Assembly (NCBI GenBank): GCA_964589445.1
Contig: CAZPQX010000004.1
Span: 17,632-81,631, forward strand
Origin: an uncultured Candidatus Saccharibacteria bacterium
GTDB lineage: Bacteria; Patescibacteriota; Minisyncoccia; Phycocordibacterales; WO2-35-19
Length of the DNA: 64,000 bases
Direction: 5' to 3'
Below, piece after piece: positions 9,387 to 17,831 of the stretch; positions within the stretch are counted from its first letter, which is position 1; each line of letters starts with the position of its first letter. The notes under the pieces were generated by a model. The model searched no databases, was not told the origin of the DNA, and saw only the letters and a program-made list of their open reading frames with translations. Both the position numbers and the translations under genes were made by a program.

Positions 9387-10406
9387 TTAGTTATCTTTGT
9401 TTGGGTTCTTTATATCTACATGGTTAAAACCCATTTCAGTCAAAACTCTTCCTCTTGGTGTCCTCTCTATGAGACCCACCTGCAAAAGGTACGGTTCACT
9501 AAATTCCTCTATTGTGGCTTGTTCTTCTGACATAGAGGCCGCTATCGTACTTAGTCCTACGGGCCCTCCACCGAACTTTTCTGCTATGGTCCTTAGTACA
9601 TTTCTATCTTCATTTGTAAGCCCAAGGTGATCTATTTGTAATAACTTAAAAGCTTTTTCTGCTAGTGCACCATTTATTTCACTTCTCTCCATCTGTGCGT
9701 AGTCACGAGCCCTTTTTAAAAGGTAATTGGCTGTTCTTGGTGTAAACCTACTTCTTCTTGCGATACTTACAAGTGCATCGTCTGTTATTTTTACACCAAG
9801 TATTTTTGCAGACCTACTTATTATTTTTTGTATTTCTTCTGGAGTGTAAAATTCGAGTCTAAAAATACCACCTGAAAATCTACTCCTTAAAGGAGATGAT
9901 ATATTTGCCACCTTAGTAGTCGCTCCAATGAGGGTAAATTTCTGGAGTTCAAGTTGAATAGTCCTTGCGCTCGGTCCTTTTCCTATAATAATATCAAGCG
10001 ATCCAGACTCCATGGCAGGGTAGAGGACCTCTTCGATACTTTTGTTTAGTCGATGTATCTCGTCTATAAACAGGATATCCCCATCTCCTAAGTTGGTGAG
10101 TATCGAAGCTAGATCACCCACTTTTTCAATGGCTGGCCCTGATGTTGATTTCATTTGGCTGCTTGTTTCCTTGGCTATAAGGTGTGCAAGGGTGGTCTTG
10201 CCGAGTCCTGGAGGGCCATAAAAGAGTAAATGCTCAGGAGGGTGACCCCTTTCGCTTGCCGCGGATAGTAAAATCTTAAGATTACTCTTTATATTTTCTT
10301 GTCCTATATAATCATCCCATTCTGAAGGTCGAAGAGTTTTGTCTAAAAATTCTAAATTTTCCTCCGCTTCCTCTCGAGGGTTTTCTCTATCAATTTCGCT
10401 TGACAT
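9387..10406 (-). CDS. ruvB: Holliday junction branch-migration ATPase RuvB
   Basis: Walker A motif GPPGLGKTTLA; AAA+ and winged-helix regions typical of RuvB. Confidence 0.9.
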   Translation of the reverse strand: MSSEIDRENPREEAEENLEFLDKTLRPSEWDDYIGQENIKSNLKILLSAASERGHPPEHLLFYGPPGLGKTTLAHLIAKETSSQMKSTSGPAIEKVGDLASILTNLGDGDILFIDEIHRLNKSIEEVLYPAMESGSLDIIIGKGPSARTIQLELQKFTLIGATTKVANISSPLRSRFSGGIFRLEFYTPEEIQKIISRSAKILGVKITDDALVSIARRSRFTPRTANYLLKRARDYAQMERSEINGALAEKAFKLLQIDHLGLTNEDRNVLRTIAEKFGGGPVGLSTIAASMSEEQATIEEFSEPYLLQVGLIERTPRGRVLTEMGFNHVDIKNPNKDN

Positions 10407-10455
10407 AATTTTTTAGATATGCTATACTTCCTAGGAAGTTAATATATTGTTTTTT

Positions 10456-10630
10456 GAGGGGTACAAATCTCTAAGCAGCGTTCTGCCTCAGGTGGGATTA
10501 GACGTTAAATCAAGGAATAACCGGTTCCATTCTTCAAGGAGGGAGCGCTAGTTATTTCCTCAGAGTAATGTTTTGCTTTTGGTATAAATATTAAAAGTGC
10601 TGCTTAGAGATTTACACCTCTCCCTCCCAA
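10456..10630. ncRNA. Candidate structured ncRNA or MITE-like element in the pilB-ruvB spacer
   Basis: A perfect 15-bp inverted repeat (aaatctctaagcagc at 10465-10479; gctgcttagagattt at 10599-10613) with imperfect extension (gagggg.../...ccctcc) closes ~120 nt containing internal hairpins. The 335-bp spacer is noncoding. Confidence 0.3.
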
Positions 10631-10741
10631 ATATTGATAGGAAGGTACAATTCCCATTATTCATAAAACAAGATTTGCAGCAACGAAATTTGTGTATAAC
10701 TCAATAAATCTCTGACGTGGAGTTTATTCTATAAGGATATT

Positions 10742-12421
10742 TTAATTTTCAAGATCTATGACTCTAGCGAGTTCTTTTATTGAGGTTACTCCCTGAAGCA
10801 CTTTTATTATCCCATCCTGAAGCATTGTTGGGATACCCTGGTCTTCTGCTGCTTTTGCCAACTCTCTTTCGCTCGGATTGTTTACCACAACTTCTTCTAT
10901 TTTCTCGTCTATTATTATGGCTTCGTATATTCCTGTCCTTCCTTTGAACCCAGTAAAATTACATTCTTTACAGCCCACTGGTTCATAAACATCTTGCATA
11001 TTAATACCTTTCAAAAGTTCTTTGTCTTTTACGCTGTCTACCACTTTTTTTATTATTTTTTTGTCTGTGTCGCTCGGGGCACTTTTCTTTTTGCATGCAG
11101 GACAAAGTTTTCTTATTAGTCTTTGGGCCATTGCGAGGTTGATGGCAGAGGTAAGTACTTTAGGGTTTACTCCAAGGTCGATGAGACGGGGAAAAGTACC
11201 AGCTGCGTTGTTTGTGTGTAGAGTTGAAAAAACAAGGTGTCCAGTCAAGGCTGAGTTTACAGCTATTTGAGCTGTTTCCTCGTCTCTAATTTCTCCAACC
11301 ATAATTATGTCAGGATCTTGTCTCAAGGCGCTCCTCAAACCCTCTGAAAAAGTATATTCCTTTTCTTCACTAGTTTGTGTTTGCAATATTCCTTTTATAT
11401 GGTATTCGATAGGATTTTCTATGGTAATAATTTTTATTTCGGGAGAATATGTTTTTTTAAGAAATGCATAGAGTGTAGTGGTCTTTCCTGAACCAGTAGG
11501 ACCAGTGTTCAGTATCATCCCGTTCGGTTTGTTTATCTCTTTCAAAATTATTTGTAGGAGTTTGTCGCTGATACCCAAATCTTCTAGAGGCACTGATATC
11601 GCATCGGGATTCAAAATCCTCAATACTACTGATTCACCGTATCCACCAGGTAAAAGGGAAGTTCTTATTTCTATTTCTACATCTGCTATTTTTATACTAA
11701 ACCTTCCGTCTTGTGCCTTACCATGCAGGTTTAGTTTTAGGTTTGATATTAATTTAATTCTTGATAGGAGGAGATTGTAAACATTTTCTTCAAGTTGTAA
11801 TACATCATTTAATACGCCGTCCATTCTATATCTAAGTCTTATAGAGGTTTCTTCTGGTTCTATGTGTACGTCCGATGCGCCTACAGATATTGCTCCGGCT
11901 AATATAATTTCTAGAATTCTAGATATCCTATAGCTTTTTCTTTGAGATAGTATCTCATCTACAGAAGATTTTATGTCTGATATATTTTTTACATCTTTTA
12001 TTATTTTTTGTATTTCTTCATTTTCTATGTCGAGGGCACCACTTTTTGTTTCCATTGAGTATGAAAGATCTCTGTATCTTTCCCATACCTTTTCAAGACT
12101 TTGATGAGAAACCATAAAGAGATTTAATTTATAGCCCCTTTCTTTCAAACCTTCTATTGTGGTTATTGTTTTTGGATTGTTAGGCGAAATAATCGCTAGA
12201 GATACATTTTTGTTTATTATGTTGAAAGGAGCAACTTCTGAGCTTCTTGACTCGGACTCTTTAAGTATCCTAAGAGCATCTATGTTTATTGGGCTTATCC
12301 CTAGATCTACATAAGAGAGGCCGTATTTTTGGGACATGAGTTTGGCGAGTCCCTCCTCCTCTTCTTCCCTTAAAACAGAGAGTTTTCTTATTTGTTTGTT
12401 TTCATTAAACTCTATTGTCAT
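10742..12421 (-). CDS. pilB: Type IV pilus assembly ATPase (GspE/PilB family)
   Basis: N-terminal GSPII_E-like domain, Walker A motif GPTGSGKTTTL, Asp box, C-terminal tetracysteine (CPACKK...CKEC). Confidence 0.8.
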   Translation of the reverse strand: MTIEFNENKQIRKLSVLREEEEEGLAKLMSQKYGLSYVDLGISPINIDALRILKESESRSSEVAPFNIINKNVSLAIISPNNPKTITTIEGLKERGYKLNLFMVSHQSLEKVWERYRDLSYSMETKSGALDIENEEIQKIIKDVKNISDIKSSVDEILSQRKSYRISRILEIILAGAISVGASDVHIEPEETSIRLRYRMDGVLNDVLQLEENVYNLLLSRIKLISNLKLNLHGKAQDGRFSIKIADVEIEIRTSLLPGGYGESVVLRILNPDAISVPLEDLGISDKLLQIILKEINKPNGMILNTGPTGSGKTTTLYAFLKKTYSPEIKIITIENPIEYHIKGILQTQTSEEKEYTFSEGLRSALRQDPDIIMVGEIRDEETAQIAVNSALTGHLVFSTLHTNNAAGTFPRLIDLGVNPKVLTSAINLAMAQRLIRKLCPACKKKSAPSDTDKKIIKKVVDSVKDKELLKGINMQDVYEPVGCKECNFTGFKGRTGIYEAIIIDEKIEEVVVNNPSERELAKAAEDQGIPTMLQDGIIKVLQGVTSIKELARVIDLEN

Positions 12422-12472
12422 ACAAAAATTGTATCATGAATTAACAATTGTTAATTATGGTAGGATAGGAAT

Positions 12473-12904
12473 ATGGAGTTTTTATCCAAAAATACTGAAG
12501 ATACAAAAAATATAGCGACCAAGTTTGTTTCTGGTTTAAAAAACAACTACCCAGAAGCCTTGGTTTTTGGCTTGTATGGTGAGCTTGGAGCTGGAAAGAC
12601 TACTTTTATGAAATATGTGGCTCTGTCTTTTGGTATAAAAGAAACCATCCAAAGCCCCACTTTTGTAATTATGAAGAGATATAAACTAATCAATTCATTT
12701 TTTGATTTTTTAGTTCATATCGATGCTTACAGGATGGAGAGGGGTGAGGAGATATTAAACCTTGGGTGGCTCCAAATTGTAAATGATCCCAAAAATATTA
12801 TTTTTATAGAGTGGCCTGATAAAATAAAAGATGTTATGCCTCCACACAAGAAGATATTTTTTGAACATGTGGGAGAAAATGAAAGGAAAATAATTTTTGA
12901 ATAA
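12473..12904 (+). CDS. tsaE: tRNA t6A37 biosynthesis ATPase TsaE
   Basis: P-loop LYGELGAGKTTF, SPTFVIMKRY and HIDAYRM motifs typical of TsaE/YjeE. Confidence 0.8.
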   Translation: MEFLSKNTEDTKNIATKFVSGLKNNYPEALVFGLYGELGAGKTTFMKYVALSFGIKETIQSPTFVIMKRYKLINSFFDFLVHIDAYRMERGEEILNLGWLQIVNDPKNIIFIEWPDKIKDVMPPHKKIFFEHVGENERKIIFE

Positions 12905-15266
12905 AATGGCAAAATCTAAGTCTAAAAAAAATCCTGAAAAAAAAGAAAGATTAATTCTTCTTGATGCACACGCTATAATACATAGGGCATATCACGCTCT
13001 ACCTGATTTCGCTACAAGTAAAGGGGAACCGACAGGAGCACTCTACGGCCTTGTGTCTATGGTTTTGAAAATAGCAACTGATTTTAATCCGGATTATTTA
13101 GTCGCGTGCTTTGATTTGCCCAAACCTACGTACAGGCACGAGGTTTACGACGCTTATAAAGCAGGCAGAGCAAAAACAGATGAAAATCTTTCTTTGCAAC
13201 TTGAAAAATCAAAAGAGGTTTGCAGAGCACTTAACATACCTATTTACTCAAAAGAAGGTTTTGAAGCAGATGATATGCTCGGTACCATCGTAGAACAACT
13301 TAAACAAAAAGACATAGAGACTGTGATAGCTTCGGGTGACATGGACACATTGCAGCTAGTAGGTAGGGGCGTACAAGTGTATACCTTAAAAAAGGGTATA
13401 CACGATACTGTCTTGTATGATGAAGAAAAGGTTCAAGAAAGATTTGGTTTTGGACCAAGTCTGCTGCCTGACTTTAAGGGTTTGCGAGGCGATCCATCGG
13501 ATAACATAATCGGTATAGAAGGAATAGGCGAGAAGACCGCCACAGAACTCATAAAAGAATTTGGAGATATCGATAGTATATATAAATCTTTAAATAAAGG
13601 GCTGCTTGAGGGGAAGGTAAAACCAAGAATTATAGGCTTACTAAAGGATGGTGAAGAGGAGGCTAGGTTTAGTAAAATGCTTGCAACTATAAGGAGAGAC
13701 GCTCCTATAGAGTTTGTTTTACCAACGCGAAAATGGAAAGAGGGTATAGATATAGTAAAGGCCAAGAGGTTTTTTGCAGATCTTGAATTTAGAAATATGG
13801 GTCAAAGGCTAGATCAGGTAATTGGTGTCGAACCCTCAAAAGAGGTGCATCCTCAAGAGGACGTTGACCCAAAACTTTTAGAAGAAACAAAAATAGCTCT
13901 TTGGGTCGTTGATTCTAATATTACAGATCCATCTCAAGAAGACATATTTAATTTCACAGGGAATAAAAATTTTACTAAATCCAGAGAAATAATTTTGAGT
14001 GAACTAAAGAAAAGGGATTCAGAATTTGTGTTTGAGTCAATAGAAAAACCTCTCATACCTATTTTGAAAAAAGCAGAAGAGTATGGAGTACTTGTCGATA
14101 AAGAAGTATTTTTGTTTTTGGATCAAAAATATTCAAAAGAAATTAAGGAAATAGAAAAAAAGATTTGGGCATACGCAGGGGGAGAATTTAATGTATCTTC
14201 CCCAAAACAACTCGGTGAGGTACTTTTCGGAAAACTTGAGCTTTCTGTTAAAAACCAAAAGAAAACATCGACAGGTGCTGCCTCAACCAAAGAGTCAGAG
14301 CTTGAAAAAATGAAAGACCTGCACCCCATAATCCCACTAGTGCTTGACTATAGGGAGCTCAGGAAACTCCTCTCTTCTTACATAGAACCCATACCAAAAC
14401 TTTTAGATGATAAATCTAGGTTGCACGCCAGGTTCATACAGACAGGCACCACTACAGGAAGGATGGCTTCCGAAAATCCAAATATGCAAAATATTCCTAT
14501 TGGTAGTGATAAAGGTAGAGTCATAAGAGATGCTTTTATTGCAGAAAAAGGTAAAAGTCTTGTGGCACTAGACTATTCTCAAGTGGAGCTCCGAATAGCC
14601 GCCTTTCTTTCTGGAGACCAGATACTCATAAATATCTTTAAAGAAGGTAAAGATATTCACTCAGCTGTTGCAAGTCAGATGTTTAAAGTCGCTGATTCAG
14701 AAGTGACTAAAGATATGAGGCGTCAGGCAAAGGTGATAAATTTTGGAATTCTTTATGGTATGGGTGTTACAGCTCTGCAGGCAAATTTAGGAACCGATAG
14801 AAAGACCGCTCAAGAATTTTTAAATTCTTATTTTGAAAACTTCAAAGGCCTCGCGTTGTATCTTGAAGACGTAAAAAGGCAGGCAGAAAAAGATGGTTAT
14901 ACAAAAACTTTTTTTGGTAGACGAAGATATTTTGAAGGTATTAAGTCGAGCATTCCTTTCATAAAAGCAGCAGCAGAGAGGATGGCAATAAACGCACCCA
15001 TTCAGGGTACCCAAGCTGACATGATCAAAATTGCTATGGCTCAAATTTATGATTTTATGGAAGAACAAAAAATAGAAGGATCATTGATTATGCAAATACA
15101 TGACGAGGTTATTTATGAGATTTCAAATAAAGATTTAGAAAAATTTGGAAAAAATGCAAAAAATATAATGCAAGAAGTTTTGTCTCTCGATGATACAAAA
15201 GGGGTACCAATAATTGCTAATGTCTCAGTAGGGGATAATTGGGGTAAAATGAAAGAGTTAAAATAA
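12897..15266 (+). CDS. polA: DNA polymerase I (5'-3' exonuclease plus polymerase domains)
   Basis: N-terminal FEN-like domain; Pol A motifs (RRQAKVINFGILYGMG; QIHDEVIYE). Overlaps the tsaE stop by 8 nt. Confidence 0.9.
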   Translation: MNKMAKSKSKKNPEKKERLILLDAHAIIHRAYHALPDFATSKGEPTGALYGLVSMVLKIATDFNPDYLVACFDLPKPTYRHEVYDAYKAGRAKTDENLSLQLEKSKEVCRALNIPIYSKEGFEADDMLGTIVEQLKQKDIETVIASGDMDTLQLVGRGVQVYTLKKGIHDTVLYDEEKVQERFGFGPSLLPDFKGLRGDPSDNIIGIEGIGEKTATELIKEFGDIDSIYKSLNKGLLEGKVKPRIIGLLKDGEEEARFSKMLATIRRDAPIEFVLPTRKWKEGIDIVKAKRFFADLEFRNMGQRLDQVIGVEPSKEVHPQEDVDPKLLEETKIALWVVDSNITDPSQEDIFNFTGNKNFTKSREIILSELKKRDSEFVFESIEKPLIPILKKAEEYGVLVDKEVFLFLDQKYSKEIKEIEKKIWAYAGGEFNVSSPKQLGEVLFGKLELSVKNQKKTSTGAASTKESELEKMKDLHPIIPLVLDYRELRKLLSSYIEPIPKLLDDKSRLHARFIQTGTTTGRMASENPNMQNIPIGSDKGRVIRDAFIAEKGKSLVALDYSQVELRIAAFLSGDQILINIFKEGKDIHSAVASQMFKVADSEVTKDMRRQAKVINFGILYGMGVTALQANLGTDRKTAQEFLNSYFENFKGLALYLEDVKRQAEKDGYTKTFFGRRRYFEGIKSSIPFIKAAAERMAINAPIQGTQADMIKIAMAQIYDFMEEQKIEGSLIMQIHDEVIYEISNKDLEKFGKNAKNIMQEVLSLDDTKGVPIIANVSVGDNWGKMKELK

Positions 15267-15267
15267 A

Positions 15268-15702
15268 ATGAGTGAACAAATAAATTTATTTAAACAGTTT
15301 GAAAATATCTTTAAAGCAGAAGAGGAACAGGAAGAAAAAAAGCCTTTTCAAAAAACTTATGATTATTCTCCTTTTGCATTACAAGATGCTATTGGTATAG
15401 CTGACAACAAGAGAGCCTGGATAGAATATCAGAAGTTAAAATTTGCGGGTATAGAAGATGAAGAAATTGTACACAACATCATAAGCAAAGTTCGTGACAT
15501 GATGCTTATAAATAAGGGGGCGAGTATCTTAGATATTGGTATAAAAGAATACCCGTATAATAAATCAAAAAAAGATATCAAAAATTGGAAAGAACACAGA
15601 CTTATTGGTTTCTATGAAAGACTTGTTGCGCTCTACCATGAGTCACGTATGGGGGGAGAGCCTTTGGACATTGCTTTGGAAAAGACCATCCTAAAACTTT
15701 GA
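15268..15702 (+). CDS. Hypothetical protein (144 aa), probably co-transcribed with polA
   Basis: Starts 2 nt after the polA stop. No recognisable motif. Confidence 0.5.
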   Translation: MSEQINLFKQFENIFKAEEEQEEKKPFQKTYDYSPFALQDAIGIADNKRAWIEYQKLKFAGIEDEEIVHNIISKVRDMMLINKGASILDIGIKEYPYNKSKKDIKNWKEHRLIGFYERLVALYHESRMGGEPLDIALEKTILKL

Positions 15703-15740
15703 GTTTTTAATATTTTGTAGTATATTTTGTCTCTGTAAGA

Positions 15741-15813
15741 CCGCCCGTAGCTCAGTCGGTAGAGCAGCTCCCTTTTAAGGAGATGGTCGTAGGTTCGATT
15801 CCTACCGGGCGGA
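15741..15813 (+). tRNA. tRNA-Lys (anticodon TTT)
   Basis: Cloverleaf folded by hand: 7-bp acceptor ccgcccg/cgggcgg, D arm gctc-agtcggta-gagc, anticodon loop cTTTTaa, T arm gtagg-ttcgatt-cctac. No encoded CCA. Confidence 0.8.
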
Positions 15814-15824
15814 CTAGTAAATAA

Positions 15825-15850
15825 AAAACGCAAACCGCTTTGCGTTTTTT
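15825..15850. terminator. Intrinsic terminator (bidirectional position between tRNA-Lys and doxX)
   Basis: aacgcaaa-ccgc-tttgcgtt: 8-bp stem followed by a T-run. Confidence 0.5.
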
Positions 15851-15852
15851 AG

Positions 15853-16257
15853 CTACAAAGGCAAATCTATTGCGAATGCTCCGGCACCTGATAAGAGGAG
15901 AGAGAGGAGGATGGTGAAAACCAACATATAGAAGACAATGTTTCTTTTTAGGATACTTGGGTCTTTGTACTCAAGATAAATTTCTATAAACGTGATAATT
16001 CCCAATACTAAGGCTGCGATTTGAGTATAGAACCCAGCAATAAGCATAATACCTCCAATTATTTGAATTAATGATAGTATTTTGGTTGCTACTTCAGGGC
16101 GGGGTATCCTGAGTGTTTTGAAAGATATAAGCCACCTCTCATTTTCTTTTTTGAATAATAGAATGCCCAGATCTATAAAAACGAAACCAACTATTAATCT
16201 TAATAAAAATGGTGCAAGAAGCGAATATGTGAGCAAGTCTGGAAATGGATTTAACAT
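15853..16257 (-). CDS. DoxX family membrane protein
   Basis: 134 aa, four TM helices, DoxX-like hydrophobic profile. Confidence 0.6.
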   Translation of the reverse strand: MLNPFPDLLTYSLLAPFLLRLIVGFVFIDLGILLFKKENERWLISFKTLRIPRPEVATKILSLIQIIGGIMLIAGFYTQIAALVLGIITFIEIYLEYKDPSILKRNIVFYMLVFTILLSLLLSGAGAFAIDLPL

Positions 16258-16275
16258 AAGTGTAGTATAGCAATT

Positions 16276-16881
16276 ATGGCAGAAAATTTAAATATGGTTG
16301 TTATATTGAACAATATAAGGAGCTCGGAAAATGTCGGCTCTATTTTTCGTACCGCGGATGCCTTTGGTGTTAAGAAAATATACTTGTGCGGCTACACTCC
16401 TAGTCCCTTAGATAGGTTTAATAGGAAAAACACCAAACTCATCAAAGCTTCTTTGGGTGCGGAGGAGTTTGTGGAGTGGGAAAAGTGTGAAAATTTGGAA
16501 GAAGTTATTGAGAAAAATAGAATCAACTTAAAAAATTCTGAAAATTATGTCTCCTCGCTCAGCACGGATAAAAGCCTGCTGGCTTTTTCCTCTGCTCGGC
16601 TCGTCAGCCTGCGCAAGGCATGCTCGGAGAATAATTTTCAGAATTTTTTGATCGTTGGAGTAGAGCAGAGTGAAGACTCAATTGATTATCGTGAATTAAA
16701 AAAGTCATGTCTCGCATCTCATAAAAATAACATCGCTTTGGTATTTGGAAATGAGGTAGAAGGGTTGTCAGAAGAAGATTTGAAACTTTGTGATGTTATT
16801 GCCGAAATCCCTATGCAGGGTAAAAAAGAATCTTTAAATGTTGCCGTATCTGTGGGTATAATTCTTTCAAGTCTAAACTAA
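16276..16881 (+). CDS. SpoU/TrmH family RNA 2'-O-methyltransferase carrying an in-frame ~33-aa repeat-element insertion
   Basis: SpoU motifs NVGSIFRTADAFGV, LVFGNEVEGLS, IPMQGKKESLNVAVSVGIIL. The inserted segment NYVSSLSTDKSLLAFSSARLVSLRKACSENNF is encoded by the repeat at 16544-16643. Confidence 0.75.
   Translation: MAENLNMVVILNNIRSSENVGSIFRTADAFGVKKIYLCGYTPSPLDRFNRKNTKLIKASLGAEEFVEWEKCENLEEVIEKNRINLKNSENYVSSLSTDKSLLAFSSARLVSLRKACSENNFQNFLIVGVEQSEDSIDYRELKKSCLASHKNNIALVFGNEVEGLSEEDLKLCDVIAEIPMQGKKESLNVAVSVGIILSSLN
16544..16643 (+). repeat. Palindromic repeat element copy 1 (~100 bp, terminal inverted repeats aaaattat/ataatttt), inserted in-frame in the trmH-like gene
   Basis: ~92% identical to the reverse complement of 18434-18538. 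GC-richer than its surroundings. Internal hairpin aaaagcc-tgct-ggctttt. Confidence 0.7.
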
Positions 16882-17831
16882 TAATTGACTGTAAAAGTAT
16901 CAACTATAAGTCCGTTTTTGTCGTAGAGGTTTACCTTTTCGCGTTTTTCTCTCCATAGAGGTCCAAATTTATTCAAGAAAATACGATATTCATTTCCGGG
17001 GAAATTTGTATCACTAAAATGTTTGGCTACACATGAATTGTAGTTTATCTGTGTTTGCATATAAGTTTTGCAGGAAGAAGATACTGTATCGGGCAAGTCT
17101 CTTATATACTCACTATTTACGGTTGTGCAACGAGACAGGCTTTCAAGTAGGTCTATACACTCATCATTCCTGTCTAAATCATTTGAAAATTTAGGAAGTT
17201 TGTCATCTTCTATTAGAGGACATTCGGTTGAGAGGCTTGGATAAAATGTCCTATTTTCTTCAAAGTATCCAGTACATTTGTTTGTTCTAAACGATATGCC
17301 TATTGGTGAAAAACCTTTTGTTATTATTGCTCGGTCTCCGTTTTTGAGTACCACGTTGCTTTCATTTTTAGAAAAAGGGAAGGGGAGAAGGGAGGCCCCA
17401 CCTATAAAAACAAAATTTCCAGTAACTTCACTTTTAAAATACCAACCGGTAATATTTACCTCTTCGTCTTTACCAAGATTTGTGTAGAGGTATATGTACT
17501 CTTTGCTGGGGTCGTCATCCCACGACTTGGAGAGGCTCGAAAGTGTCACTTTGCCATAATAAGGTGAACGGGTGCTTTCTTCTATTTTTTTCTGTACTTC
17601 TTCTTCTAGGTTTTCAATTTTTCTCTCTGTATTTTTTATTTCTTCTTCTGGTGTTTGATTTGAATTTTGATTTCCAAATCCAAAGAAAGAATTATTATTG
17701 CTTTGTATGGAAGATGGGTTGTTGCTACTAGTTGCTTCTCTATTTTCAGCTGCTTTTTTTAGTGGGGCATATGCAATGCCGAGGATGATAAACCCTATGA
17801 GTATTACTAATGCTGGTGAAGCTTCTTTCAT
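16878..17831 (-). CDS. Hypothetical membrane-anchored protein with N/S/Q-rich linker, coiled-coil and a C-terminal Lamin-tail-domain (LTD)-like Cys-containing domain
   Basis: N-terminal TM, NSNQ low-complexity region, EEE/K-rich heptads, and LTD-like segment EEVNITGWYFKSEVTGNFVF...VLKNGDRAIITKG. Confidence 0.55.
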   Translation of the reverse strand: MKEASPALVILIGFIILGIAYAPLKKAAENREATSSNNPSSIQSNNNSFFGFGNQNSNQTPEEEIKNTERKIENLEEEVQKKIEESTRSPYYGKVTLSSLSKSWDDDPSKEYIYLYTNLGKDEEVNITGWYFKSEVTGNFVFIGGASLLPFPFSKNESNVVLKNGDRAIITKGFSPIGISFRTNKCTGYFEENRTFYPSLSTECPLIEDDKLPKFSNDLDRNDECIDLLESLSRCTTVNSEYIRDLPDTVSSSCKTYMQTQINYNSCVAKHFSDTNFPGNEYRIFLNKFGPLWREKREKVNLYDKNGLIVDTFTVNY

